The notes under the pieces were generated by a model that made no database searches, had not been told where the DNA came from, and was given only the letters and a program-made list of their open reading frames with translations. Positions 55,307-64,000 of a stretch of DNA of 64,000 nucleotides are shown in pieces. Source of the DNA: Candidatus Nomurabacteria bacterium RIFCSPLOWO2_01_FULL_41_18. Lineage in GTDB: Bacteria > Patescibacteriota > Minisyncoccia > Phycocordibacterales > UBA9973. The stretch lies in the NCBI GenBank assembly GCA_001785865.1, contig MFUZ01000003.1, positions 15,048-79,047 on the forward strand, written 5' to 3'. The position numbers and the translations under genes are program-made. Position 1 is the first letter of the stretch. Every line of letters begins with the position of its first letter.

Positions 55307-56427
55307 AAATTATTCATGTTATTACAGGTCTTAATGTCGGTGGGGCTGAAATGATGCTGTATAAGATCTTGCAACATTCCTCCGGCAAAGAATTTCTACA
55401 TGAAGTGATATCTCTCACAGATGTCGGTTTAGTTGGTGAGAAGATACAAAAGCTTGGTGTACCCGTGCGCGCTCTTAATATGAAAGAAATTGATTTACCA
55501 ATTACGGTTATTCGTCTTGCGCTCTGGCTCCGAAAGAGTAATCCTGATGTTGTGCAGACTTGGATGTATCATGCAAACCTTGTTGGCGGACTCGCGGCGA
55601 CGCTCTGTTTTAAGAAAATACCAGTTGTGTGGGGGATAAGACAAAGTGATCTTAATCCAAAACTGAATAAGCGGAGGACTATATTGGTCGCACAAGTTGG
55701 AGCTTTTCTTTCTCGCTTTATTCCTGGGAATATTATTATAAATTCAATACGAGGTAAAAAAAATCACGAAGCTTTGGGATATGAAGCAAGTAAAATGGTT
55801 GTAATTCCAAACGGTTTTGATTTAAAAGTGTTCCGTCCCGACACAGAAGCGAGAATTTTGTTTCGTCAAAAGATAGGAATTTCTCCAACGTCTTTTATTA
55901 TTGGATCTGTCGCGCGGTTCGATCCATCAAAAGATCAAAAAACTCTCATCCAGTCGGCTAAAATTTTGCTCAACGGATACAAGGATCTGCATTTTGTTTT
56001 GTGCGGTAGGGGAATGACTGATAAAAATAAGCTGCTCACAGAATGGATTAACGAAATAGATATAGCTCCCCGGTTACACCTTTTAGGTGAGTGTGAGGGC
56101 ATAGAAAATATTACCGCTGCTTTTGATGTTGCCGTGCTTTCTTCGGTTTCAGAAGGATTCCCGAATGTGATAGGAGAGGCGATGGCTTGTGGCGTTCCTT
56201 GTGTTGTAACCGACGCAGGGGATTCTGCCTATATTGTCGGAGATACTGGTTTGATGGTGCCGCCTAGTGATCAGGTGGCTTTAGCTAATGCCTTTCGGCA
56301 GATGATTGAGATGAAAGATATAGAACGTAAGGCGCTCGGGGAACGAGCGAGGAAGCGTATAGAGGAAAATTTTTCTATTGATCTGGTTGTTAAAAAATAC
56401 ATAGAATTGTATACTAGTTTGGCATGA
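55303..56427 (+). CDS. glycosyltransferase family 4
   Basis: N-terminal GGAEMML, and C-terminal EGFPNVIGEAMACGVPCVVTDAGDS. Confidence 0.75.
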   Translation: MKIIHVITGLNVGGAEMMLYKILQHSSGKEFLHEVISLTDVGLVGEKIQKLGVPVRALNMKEIDLPITVIRLALWLRKSNPDVVQTWMYHANLVGGLAATLCFKKIPVVWGIRQSDLNPKLNKRRTILVAQVGAFLSRFIPGNIIINSIRGKKNHEALGYEASKMVVIPNGFDLKVFRPDTEARILFRQKIGISPTSFIIGSVARFDPSKDQKTLIQSAKILLNGYKDLHFVLCGRGMTDKNKLLTEWINEIDIAPRLHLLGECEGIENITAAFDVAVLSSVSEGFPNVIGEAMACGVPCVVTDAGDSAYIVGDTGLMVPPSDQVALANAFRQMIEMKDIERKALGERARKRIEENFSIDLVVKKYIELYTSLA

Positions 56428-57872
56428 ATATTTTTATAGGACTTCTTTTTATTTTAGGTCTTTCAGGTGTCTTGGGAGCGATTATGTGGAAGCTCGGTAT
56501 GCGCGATAGGCGAGCGTATATTTTATTTGGAATTTCTTTATTGATACATATTCTCGCGGTTCTTTTTATTTATGCATTTGACTTTCAACCTTTTAGTGGA
56601 GGCGGGGGAGATTATGGTAGCTATCACAAAACCGCTGTGCTCATTACCGACGAAATCGGACAAGGGAATCTTTTGCCAGACATAGAAATAAGAGGGGTTC
56701 CCCACCACTTTCCCACTATTATTGGGTATGTTTATTTTTTCACTGTCCCCTCTATGGTGGTCGGGCAACTTTTCAATGCATTTGTTGCATCAGTGGGGAT
56801 TATGCTCTTATATTTTATAGTACTTGAATTCTCACAATCGTTTCGGTGGGCGTTTGGTATTGGGCTCTTGGCAAATCTGTATCCCAGCTTTTTATTTTAC
56901 TCCAGCTTGCTCCTGAAAGATGTTTTTGTAGTTTTATTTGCGCTGGTGGGAGCGTTTCTAATGCTTCGTATTTTGAAACGTTTCTCTTGGGGATTATTTG
57001 CATTGTTTTATATATCCCTAATAGCACTGACTCACTTCCGTTTCTATGTGGGGATTGTTCTTTTGATGGCCTTTTCTATTTCTTGGTTTTTGCTTTCGAG
57101 CAAACCGATCAAAGCGCGTTTTGCTTATGGGCTTGGGATGATCTTTCTGCTCGGTTTTATTCCACAGATGTTTGGAATGGGATACTATGGATTTTCAACA
57201 CTTCGGCATTATACAAATCCAGATACCCTTACTTATTACCAGGATATTGCTTATACAGGCAAAGATGTTGCTTCGCCCTCATCCGTCCCACCTGCCCCTG
57301 ATGTTGTCTCTCCGCCTCCACCTGCCCCATCTACGCCTGTTGATGTTACTCCTTCATCATCTGCCCCACCCACGCCTATTGTTGATCCCGTACCTCCTCC
57401 CACCCCATCTACACCTTTTGGTGAGCTTTTAGAAGAGTCTTCATCTTCAGGAGAAAATAGTGGTTTTACTTCTACGGTTGATTTAAAAGTTAGTTTCGGA
57501 AGCCCTATGGCATTTATTACCACCTTCCCTAAATCTTTTGCTTTTGTGGCAATTGGTCCGTTTCCTTGGCAGTTCACTGCAGATAGACATTACCTCGCTC
57601 TCTTAGAAACAATTCCATGGACTATTCTAAGTGTTTTGGCGTTGTTAGGTATCATACATACATTACGATCTCGACACAGAGTATTGTCACTTGCGATATT
57701 TAGTTTCGGGCTTTTCCTTATCCTTACCATTTATATAAATAATTTTGGCATTACAACACGCATTCGCATGCCGGCGTTTTTCTTGTTGCTTGCCTTTGTT
57801 CCGTTTGGGGTTGTTGAATATCAACGTTGGAAATATTATATTTATAATTTTCTGTATGGAAACAAAAAGTAA
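56424..57872 (+). CDS. polytopic membrane protein with a Pro/Ser/Thr-rich loop; possible GT-C-fold glycosyltransferase or polymerase
   Basis: ~11 TM helices. An acidic first loop (DFQPFSGGGGDYGSYH). A PAPDVVSPPPPAPSTPVDVTPSSSAPPTPIVDPVPPPTPSTP linker. Family not firmly recognised. Confidence 0.35.
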   Translation: MNIFIGLLFILGLSGVLGAIMWKLGMRDRRAYILFGISLLIHILAVLFIYAFDFQPFSGGGGDYGSYHKTAVLITDEIGQGNLLPDIEIRGVPHHFPTIIGYVYFFTVPSMVVGQLFNAFVASVGIMLLYFIVLEFSQSFRWAFGIGLLANLYPSFLFYSSLLLKDVFVVLFALVGAFLMLRILKRFSWGLFALFYISLIALTHFRFYVGIVLLMAFSISWFLLSSKPIKARFAYGLGMIFLLGFIPQMFGMGYYGFSTLRHYTNPDTLTYYQDIAYTGKDVASPSSVPPAPDVVSPPPPAPSTPVDVTPSSSAPPTPIVDPVPPPTPSTPFGELLEESSSSGENSGFTSTVDLKVSFGSPMAFITTFPKSFAFVAIGPFPWQFTADRHYLALLETIPWTILSVLALLGIIHTLRSRHRVLSLAIFSFGLFLILTIYINNFGITTRIRMPAFFLLLAFVPFGVVEYQRWKYYIYNFLYGNKK

Positions 57873-58743
57873 TAAACTACCACTTATTGTTCTGGCGACA
57901 TATTGGAACGAAAGTCGTTTTGTTCAGCCTTCGTTAGCACAAATTGAGGAATTGAATCCGGTTGAGGTTATTATTTGTGATGGGGCATTTAATCCGAAAA
58001 TCCTTGACCATTCAACAGATGGCACTAGAGAAATTCTTGAGAACTTTATTGAAACACATAAAAATGCGCGCGTTGTTTCTCCTATTCGCCCAGGGATTCT
58101 AAAATCAGCTTGGCTATTACTTCTTGGACATAAACATCTTCCATGGTGGACAATATTTAGATTTGCTAGGTGGAAATTTCTCATTGTGTCAATGATAAGG
58201 ACACCATATCAGCGCAATGAGGGGTTAAATTTTCAACACATGATAAGTTTGTCTAAGGAATGGAAGCCGGGTGCATGGTTTATGACGTGTGACTCGGATC
58301 AATTCTTTAGCGATGAGATGATGGAAAAGATAAAGAAAATTATAAGCGATGGACAATTTGATTTAGACTTGATAACGGGGAACGAGATGACCTTTTTTAG
58401 AGACTTTAAGCATTATGTAAATTCTTATGAGAAGCGCATTTTTAATAATATGCCCCACCGTATCTATAGTGACACCAACATTCAGCCCCAGAGAAGTGTG
58501 ATAAGGGAAACTAGGTCCGGGAGTTTGATGAATCCACGCGATATCTTGGCAAAGCATTTGTATGTACGTTTTGGTAAACAATTGCATGCTGGAACATATT
58601 TTCACTATAAACTCAATTCAAGAGAGCGTCATGACTTGGGCTATAAAATTGGAGACCGCAAAAAACCGAATCCGCAAGATTACCCAGAGCTGGATTTTAT
58701 TGGCGAACACCCACGTGTCATAATAGAGCATTTTAAGCTATGA
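57856..58743 (+). CDS. glycosyltransferase family 2-like hypothetical protein
   Basis: LIVLATYWNESRFVQPSLAQI...VIICDGAF...DGTREIL resembles the GT2 N-terminal half. The ATG at 57856 overlaps the upstream gene by 17 nt. Confidence 0.35.
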   Translation: METKSNKLPLIVLATYWNESRFVQPSLAQIEELNPVEVIICDGAFNPKILDHSTDGTREILENFIETHKNARVVSPIRPGILKSAWLLLLGHKHLPWWTIFRFARWKFLIVSMIRTPYQRNEGLNFQHMISLSKEWKPGAWFMTCDSDQFFSDEMMEKIKKIISDGQFDLDLITGNEMTFFRDFKHYVNSYEKRIFNNMPHRIYSDTNIQPQRSVIRETRSGSLMNPRDILAKHLYVRFGKQLHAGTYFHYKLNSRERHDLGYKIGDRKKPNPQDYPELDFIGEHPRVIIEHFKL

Positions 58744-59561
58744 AAACTTCACTTGTGTCAGTTGTTCTGCCAACCCGCAATCGCTTAAAAACGTTGCGTG
58801 ATGCGTTGGATAGTGTGCTTAATCAATCGTATTCTGATTTAGAAGTAATCTTGGTTGATGATTATTCAGACCAGGAAACCAAAGTTGGAATTGAGGAAAT
58901 AGTGCGAAAAGATTCACGCGTTAGAATTATAAGAAATGAAGAGAATATTGGATTTGTCCGTTCTTTAAATAAGGGTATCAGAGAATCAAGGGGAGAATAT
59001 ATTGCGAGGATTGATGACGATGACGCTTGGATGGATAAAGCAAAATTACTAAAACAAGTAGTGTTTTTAGACAAACACCCTCTGTATGCAGTTGTTGGCG
59101 GTGGCATTGTTCGAGTTGACGGTGATGGCAAAGAGATATCTCGGCAGCTTTTTCCTGAAACCGATGAGGCCATCAGAGGTATAATGCTTATTACAGATCC
59201 CATTGTACATGTCGCGGTTGTTTTTAGGAAAAAAGATTGGGAAAGTGTTGGGGGCTATGATGAAGAATTTGATTACTCACAAGATTGGGAACTATGGATG
59301 AAATTTGGCAAGCGCGGAAAGTATTATAACTTCCCAGAATATTTTGTGCGGTCTATTTTTTCAAAGGAAGGGCGCTCTAGTAAAAATATGCGTCACCACC
59401 TTTGGTTGGCTATAGTTGCAAGAAAGAGGTATAAAAATGAGTTTCCAAATTTTTTGAAGGGGTATATACTCGGCTGGTTATCATACTTATTTTCTTTTAT
59501 TTCCATCAGATATCGCGTTAGTTTCATCCTTACTAAAATAAAGAGGCTGTTTTTAAAATAA
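58740..59561 (+). CDS. glycosyltransferase family 2
   Basis: VSVVLPTRNRLKTLRDALDSVLNQSYSDLEVILVDDYSDQET ... IARIDDDD (DxD). Confidence 0.8.
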   Translation: MKTSLVSVVLPTRNRLKTLRDALDSVLNQSYSDLEVILVDDYSDQETKVGIEEIVRKDSRVRIIRNEENIGFVRSLNKGIRESRGEYIARIDDDDAWMDKAKLLKQVVFLDKHPLYAVVGGGIVRVDGDGKEISRQLFPETDEAIRGIMLITDPIVHVAVVFRKKDWESVGGYDEEFDYSQDWELWMKFGKRGKYYNFPEYFVRSIFSKEGRSSKNMRHHLWLAIVARKRYKNEFPNFLKGYILGWLSYLFSFISIRYRVSFILTKIKRLFLK

Positions 59562-59568
59562 ATACATA

Positions 59569-60384
59569 ATGAGAAAAATCATTAAGATAATAAGTTATTT
59601 GAGATATCTCCCAGTAATCATTTTTAAAATTAAAAATTGGCCAATTTTTTTATTGAATTATGCCCATCTTCGAAATACAGCCGCCGAATATATTTTCAGA
59701 AACGGTCTTAGAATAAAAACTTTTGACTCTGTTAGTGCTACTACTATAGCCGTAATTTTTATCAAAAGAGATTACGGTGGCATCCCTAATGATTCTGTTA
59801 TAATAGATGTCGGAGCGAATATAGGAGTTTTTTCAATATTTTCTGCTGGTAAAGGCAATGTTGTTTACAGCTACGAACCGATGCCAGACAATTTTCACTT
59901 ATTAGAAGAAAATATAAAGCTTAATAAACTAGAAAACAGAGTTTTTGCTTTTAATCTTGGAGTGGCGGCTAAGCGAGAGAAAAGAAAACTATATCTAGGC
60001 AAGTCGCCTTTTCACTCGTTTCTACCAGTGGGGAGTTCACCATTTAATGTTTTACATAATGACAGAGAAGGCGTAAGTAAACAAAGTTTTTTAGAAGTTG
60101 ATTGTATCTCTTTAAAAGATATTTTTGATGAAAATCAAATAAGTGAGTGCGATATTCTAAAAATAGATTGCGAAGGCGCAGAATACGAGATTTTATATAA
60201 TCTACCGGACATTTATTTTAAAAGAATTAAAGAAATTAGAATGGAGTATCATAATCACTTAAATCAATATAAGAATAATGGAGAGTATTTAAAAAGTTTT
60301 CTGATAAATAGGGGTTTTTCTGTTGAGAAATTAAAAAAGGGATCACCTTACCAGGGTGATGTTTGGTTTAAAAAAGTAGATTAA
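59569..60384 (+). CDS. FkbM-family methyltransferase
   Basis: IIDVGANIGVFSIFSA, and LKIDCEGAEYEIL. Confidence 0.65.
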   Translation: MRKIIKIISYLRYLPVIIFKIKNWPIFLLNYAHLRNTAAEYIFRNGLRIKTFDSVSATTIAVIFIKRDYGGIPNDSVIIDVGANIGVFSIFSAGKGNVVYSYEPMPDNFHLLEENIKLNKLENRVFAFNLGVAAKREKRKLYLGKSPFHSFLPVGSSPFNVLHNDREGVSKQSFLEVDCISLKDIFDENQISECDILKIDCEGAEYEILYNLPDIYFKRIKEIRMEYHNHLNQYKNNGEYLKSFLINRGFSVEKLKKGSPYQGDVWFKKVD

Positions 60385-60389
60385 ATTCA

Positions 60390-61562
60390 ATGCAGACAAA
60401 ATCCCAGACCAAAGTATGCCATATTGCAACTGTCGACATAGCCCTTAGATTTTTACTGCTTAATCAGCTACTTTTTCTAAAAAATAAGGGTTATGATATT
60501 TCGGCTGTTTGTTCGCCCGGACCATGGGTCTCCGAGATTGAACGATCAGGGATTAGAGTAAAACAAATTTCTATGACGCGCCGTATTACTCCATTGCGAG
60601 ATTTTACAGCTCTTGTGCGGCTTATACAATATTTTCGCGAACAAAAACCTGATGTGGTGCATACTCATACACCGAAGGCTGGATTTTTAGGTACGCTGGC
60701 GGCTAGGTTGGCTCGTATACCTATCATCATTCACACCAATCATGGCTTTTATTTTCATGAAAATTCTTCTTGGTTACACAAGCAGATTTTTATGTGGATG
60801 GAGTGCATTATAGCTTCCAATGCGCATTTAGTTTTCTCCGTGAATAAAGAAGACATAGTTGTGGCGGGAGAGAAGCATATTGCAGGTCCTAATAAAATGA
60901 AATATTTTGGCGGGTGGGTTAATATTGATAAGTACAATCCGAACCGTTTTTCTAAGGAATTTGTAATTAGTAAAAAGAAGGAGTTGGGGATTCCTGATGG
61001 AGTTCCCGTAGTTGGGATTGTAGCTAGACTAGTTAGGGAGAAAGGATACTTTGATCTTTTTGAAGCAATGAGGACGGTCGTTCTTAAATTCCCCAGCGCA
61101 TTACTTGTTTCTGTTGGGTTTACTGAACCAGAAAAAAAGGATGGATTTCAACCTGAGATTGCAAGTAAATACGGAATAGAAAACAACACTCTTTTTTTGG
61201 GGAAAAGAACAGATGTTGATGAAATTCTTCCAGTAATGGATGTTTTTACTCTTCCTTCGTGGAGAGAGGGAATTGGTACCTCTATTTTAGAAGCCTCGGC
61301 AATGGAATTGCCGGTTGTTGTTACAAATGTTCGTGGATGCCGTGAGGCAGTGGATGATGGGATAACCGGTAAACTTGTTCCGCATAAAAACGGAGATATG
61401 CTGGGAGAGGCACTTATCTCTATGCTAGAGCATCCTAAAGAGGCAAAGTTTATGGGCAAGGCCGGTAGACTAAAAATGGAAAAAGAGTTTGATGAGCGTA
61501 TTGTATTTGAGCGATTAGATAGAGAATATAAGAGATTGATTCAAACTAAACTTAAAAAATGA
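60390..61562 (+). CDS. glycosyltransferase family 4
   Basis: REGIGTSILEASAMELPVVVTNVRGCREAVDDGITG. Confidence 0.75.
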   Translation: MQTKSQTKVCHIATVDIALRFLLLNQLLFLKNKGYDISAVCSPGPWVSEIERSGIRVKQISMTRRITPLRDFTALVRLIQYFREQKPDVVHTHTPKAGFLGTLAARLARIPIIIHTNHGFYFHENSSWLHKQIFMWMECIIASNAHLVFSVNKEDIVVAGEKHIAGPNKMKYFGGWVNIDKYNPNRFSKEFVISKKKELGIPDGVPVVGIVARLVREKGYFDLFEAMRTVVLKFPSALLVSVGFTEPEKKDGFQPEIASKYGIENNTLFLGKRTDVDEILPVMDVFTLPSWREGIGTSILEASAMELPVVVTNVRGCREAVDDGITGKLVPHKNGDMLGEALISMLEHPKEAKFMGKAGRLKMEKEFDERIVFERLDREYKRLIQTKLKK

Positions 61563-62143
61563 TGTATTTTATCGTAAAACGAATAATGGATATTACAATA
61601 AGCGCTCTCGCTCTTCTTTTGCTTGCTCCATTACTGTTTGTCATTGCTTTATTTATAAAAATGGATTCGCCAGGACCGGTATTTTTTGCGCAGTCGCGTG
61701 TTGGGTACAAAAAGAAGATTTTTAAGATTCTTAAGTTTCGCACGATGGCTAAAGATGCGGATAAGGTTGATATAGCTGTTCAACAAGTGAGAGATTGGGA
61801 GATCAATAGCAATGATCCAAGAGTTACACGGGTTGGGAAATGGTTGCGCAAGACGGGGGTGGACGAGATTCCACAGTTTTTTAATGTTTTGAAAGGAGAT
61901 ATGAGTTTGGTTGGCCCAAGACCGTATTATCAGCCTCGAATAGACGCCGATCCAAACCTAGAAGAGCGACTTTCCATAACACCAGGGTGTATTTCTTTGG
62001 CGATTGTGAGTGGAAGAGTACGCCTTTCTGAGGAAGAAATAAAAAAATATGACAGGGAATACCAAAACAAAAGAGGTTTATGGTTGGATATTAAAATTTT
62101 ACTTAAGGCTGTATATTTGGTAATATCAGGAAAGGGATTTTAA
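61559..62143 (+). CDS. undecaprenyl-phosphate sugar phosphotransferase (small bacterial sugar transferase, PglC/WbaP C-terminal type)
   Basis: N-terminal TM helix, PGPVFFAQSRVG, KFRTM, DEIPQFFNVLKGDMSLVGPRP. Confidence 0.85.
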   Translation: MMYFIVKRIMDITISALALLLLAPLLFVIALFIKMDSPGPVFFAQSRVGYKKKIFKILKFRTMAKDADKVDIAVQQVRDWEINSNDPRVTRVGKWLRKTGVDEIPQFFNVLKGDMSLVGPRPYYQPRIDADPNLEERLSITPGCISLAIVSGRVRLSEEEIKKYDREYQNKRGLWLDIKILLKAVYLVISGKGF

Positions 62144-62146
62144 ACT

Positions 62147-62533
62147 ATGGAAGACAGATTTAAAAACTGGTCAAGGCCGGATATTAAGGAAGGAGAATTA
62201 ACAAAGTGGCACTGGAAAGTTATTGGTGTTGACGGTTTTAAATTGGGCGACAAAACTGATATTGGTGCTTTTACTTTAATCAACGCCAAATATGGCGTTG
62301 TAATTGAAGATGAAGTACAAATCGGCGCGCATTGCGCAATTTATTCAGAGTCGACCATTGATGATAAGCGTGGCAAGGTAACGTTAAAAAAGAATTGTAA
62401 AATAGGCGCCCACTCTGTCATTTTGCCGGGGGTGACAGTGGGAGAGAATGCTGTGGTTGGGGCAATGTCGCTCGTTAAAAGTGATATACCTCCCAATGTT
62501 GTAGCTTTTGGTGTTCCGGCGAAGATCAAGTAA
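62147..62533 (+). CDS. hexapeptide-repeat sugar N-acetyltransferase (PglD/WbbJ-like)
   Basis: Left-handed beta-helix repeats (IGAHCAIYSESTID; IGAHSVILPGVTVGENAVVGAMSLV). Confidence 0.75.
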   Translation: MEDRFKNWSRPDIKEGELTKWHWKVIGVDGFKLGDKTDIGAFTLINAKYGVVIEDEVQIGAHCAIYSESTIDDKRGKVTLKKNCKIGAHSVILPGVTVGENAVVGAMSLVKSDIPPNVVAFGVPAKIK

Positions 62534-62541
62534 ATAAATTT

Positions 62542-63675
62542 ATGACTTGGAAAATTCCCTTATTTAAATTGCATTCGGATAGCAAAGACATCAATGCTGT
62601 TTCCCGAATCATCAAAAGTGGTATGAATTGGGCAACTGGAGATGATATTGTTTTTTTTGAGCGGGAGCTTGCAGCATATGCGGGTGTAAAATACGCCGTC
62701 TCTTTCAGTTCCGGCACCGCGGCTCTACATGCACTTTTGCTTGCGCTTCACATCGGCAAGGGAGACGAAGTTATCGTGCCTTCATTTACCTTTATTTCCA
62801 CCGCAAATGCGGTTCTTTTTGTGGGAGCCACGCCGGTCTTTGCTGAGATTGAGCGCGAGACTTTTGGACTTGATTATAAAGATGTGGAACGAAAAATTAC
62901 TAAAAAAACCAAAGCTATCATTCCTGTTCACATCGGAGGGCTTGCTTGCAAGATAGAAGAGTTGAAGCGGGTGGCGGAAAAACATAAATTGTTGCTTATC
63001 GAAGATGCCGCTGAATCCCTTGGAGCAACCATCAAGGGGAAAAAAGTTGGTTCTTTCGGATGTGCGGGGATGATTAGTCTGTGCGGTCCAAAAGTTATCA
63101 GCACCGGCGAGGGTGGTGCTATTGTCACCGATTCCCGAGATATTTATGAACAATTAAGACTTCTTCGCTCTCACGGCCGAGCCGATACCAAGGATTATTT
63201 TAAAACCACTGAATATCTGGATTATATTCAGCTCGGGTATAATTTCCGACTTTCAAATATTCTTGCCGCATTGGGGCGCACTCAGCTCAAAAAGATTGAG
63301 AAATTGATTACCGCTCGCAGAAAAAATTCGGCTTATTTATCACAGCAACTAAAAAATATTCATGAAATTTCTGTGCCGACGGAACCCAAAAACAACCGCC
63401 ACATTTTTCAAATGTATATCGTGCGTGTGGGGGGAGGAAAAAATAAGCGAGATGCTCTGCAAAAACACCTAAATGAAAAAGGCATCATGGCAAAGGTGTA
63501 TTTTCCGCCAGTGCATCTATCTCAATTTTACAAATCGAAAGGATTCAAAAAAGGGCATCTTCCCGAAACCGAAGCGATATCGAATGAGGTTCTTACTTTG
63601 CCCATGTTTCCAACACTCACGAAACATGAAATGGATTTTATGGCAAAGGAGATAAAAGCATTTTTCCATGAATAA
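62542..63675 (+). CDS. DegT/DnrJ/EryC1/StrS-family PLP-dependent sugar aminotransferase (PglE-like)
   Basis: GDEVIVPSFTFISTANAV, and LGYNFRLSNILAALG. Confidence 0.8.
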   Translation: MTWKIPLFKLHSDSKDINAVSRIIKSGMNWATGDDIVFFERELAAYAGVKYAVSFSSGTAALHALLLALHIGKGDEVIVPSFTFISTANAVLFVGATPVFAEIERETFGLDYKDVERKITKKTKAIIPVHIGGLACKIEELKRVAEKHKLLLIEDAAESLGATIKGKKVGSFGCAGMISLCGPKVISTGEGGAIVTDSRDIYEQLRLLRSHGRADTKDYFKTTEYLDYIQLGYNFRLSNILAALGRTQLKKIEKLITARRKNSAYLSQQLKNIHEISVPTEPKNNRHIFQMYIVRVGGGKNKRDALQKHLNEKGIMAKVYFPPVHLSQFYKSKGFKKGHLPETEAISNEVLTLPMFPTLTKHEMDFMAKEIKAFFHE

Positions 63676-64000
63676 ACTCATATCTTTTGTAAAACAGCAT
63701 AAAGTGTCTGTAACATTCTTTGCCGACCTTGGACTTGTTGCGCTTGCGACATATATGGCATTTTTGATTCGTTTTGATGGTGTCATTCCAAGAGCTCGGT
63801 ACGATGGATTTCTCTGGTTTATGGCCTCCGCGCTGATCATAACACCGATTGTGTTTGTTTTTTTTAGATTGTATCGTTTCCCCTATTCTTTTATTAGTTT
63901 GACCGACCTTCCTTCTATTGGGAAGGGAGTCCTTTTTTCTGTGTTTATTCTTGGTACCGGGCTCTTTCTTTTTCGCGACGCGCCACCATTTGAGGAATTT
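63668..64000 (+). CDS. polysaccharide biosynthesis protein CapD/PglF/WbpM-like (UDP-sugar 4,6-dehydratase), 5' partial
   Basis: Open frame to the window end. MNKLISFVKQHKVSVTFFADLGLVALATYMAFLIRFDG... is the typical membrane N-terminus of PglF/CapD. The ATG overlaps the upstream stop (ATGAATAA). Confidence 0.6.
   Translation, partial: MNKLISFVKQHKVSVTFFADLGLVALATYMAFLIRFDGVIPRARYDGFLWFMASALIITPIVFVFFRLYRFPYSFISLTDLPSIGKGVLFSVFILGTGLFLFRDAPPFEEF

Noticed and set aside
37326-64000. Interpreting the FkbM, GT and DegT cluster as a secondary-metabolite (polyketide/macrolide tailoring) cluster
   Set aside because: No PKS/NRPS or other core biosynthetic genes. Flippase, Wzy_C, PglC-type transferase and PglF-type dehydratase indicate a cell-surface glycan pathway.

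Overview
Window overview: a 64-kb, AT-rich, tightly packed bacterial segment with small genes, many 4-nt start/stop overlaps and uneven GC. The gene content suggests a reduced-genome lineage such as CPR/Patescibacteria; that placement is inference only. Three blocks are visible.

(1) 1–7.2 kb, housekeeping run: sod, a ComEC-like MBL-fold protein, glyA, an SDR oxidoreductase, tmk, a Nudix hydrolase, dut and argS.

(2) 7.2–12.7 kb, accessory island between argS and ileS. Four related TACGTAA-type palindromes delimit cassette-like genes: a possible leaderless Cys-rich micro-ORF, a PIF1-like helicase, a MORC-like GHKL ATPase with a small zinc-ribbon/coiled-coil partner, and an AbrB/MazE-like protein. 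The island ends in a ~0.55-kb GC-rich region with no credible ORF, which I treat as an unclassified structured RNA. This island is my best candidate for an undescribed system (defence or DNA transaction).

(3) 12.7–35 kb, a second housekeeping block:
- ileS carries a histidine-phosphatase domain inserted in its Zn-knuckle loop, followed by an HD hydrolase, a 2H phosphoesterase and a PaaX-like gene bracketed by ACGGCCGT palindromes.
- Then recO, glyQS, an M16 peptidase, an AI-2E transporter, metG, tatD, rpsF-ssb-rpsR, and efp, recA and ftsK on the minus strand.

(4) 35–64 kb, a GC-rich secreted protein with a peptidoglycan-binding domain, then a ~27-kb glycan locus:
- A Wzy_C/PglL-like membrane protein, a Wzx flippase and a pglC/D/E/F-like module.
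- Five GT4 and three to four GT2 glycosyltransferases, two DegT aminotransferases, two epimerases, a pyruvyl transferase and a GNAT.
- Seven methyltransferases (4 FkbM, 1 TylF, 2 class I SAM).
- An unusual protein with a C-terminal NDK-like domain.

Other noncoding signals: a ~62-nt element present twice, inverted and 33 kb apart, with a compensatory hairpin; a family of GC-rich CCCCTT/AAGGGG hairpins at terminators and in-frame inside one CDS; and GTTACTA tandem repeats. No rRNA, tRNA, CRISPR array, transposase or integrase was recognised.
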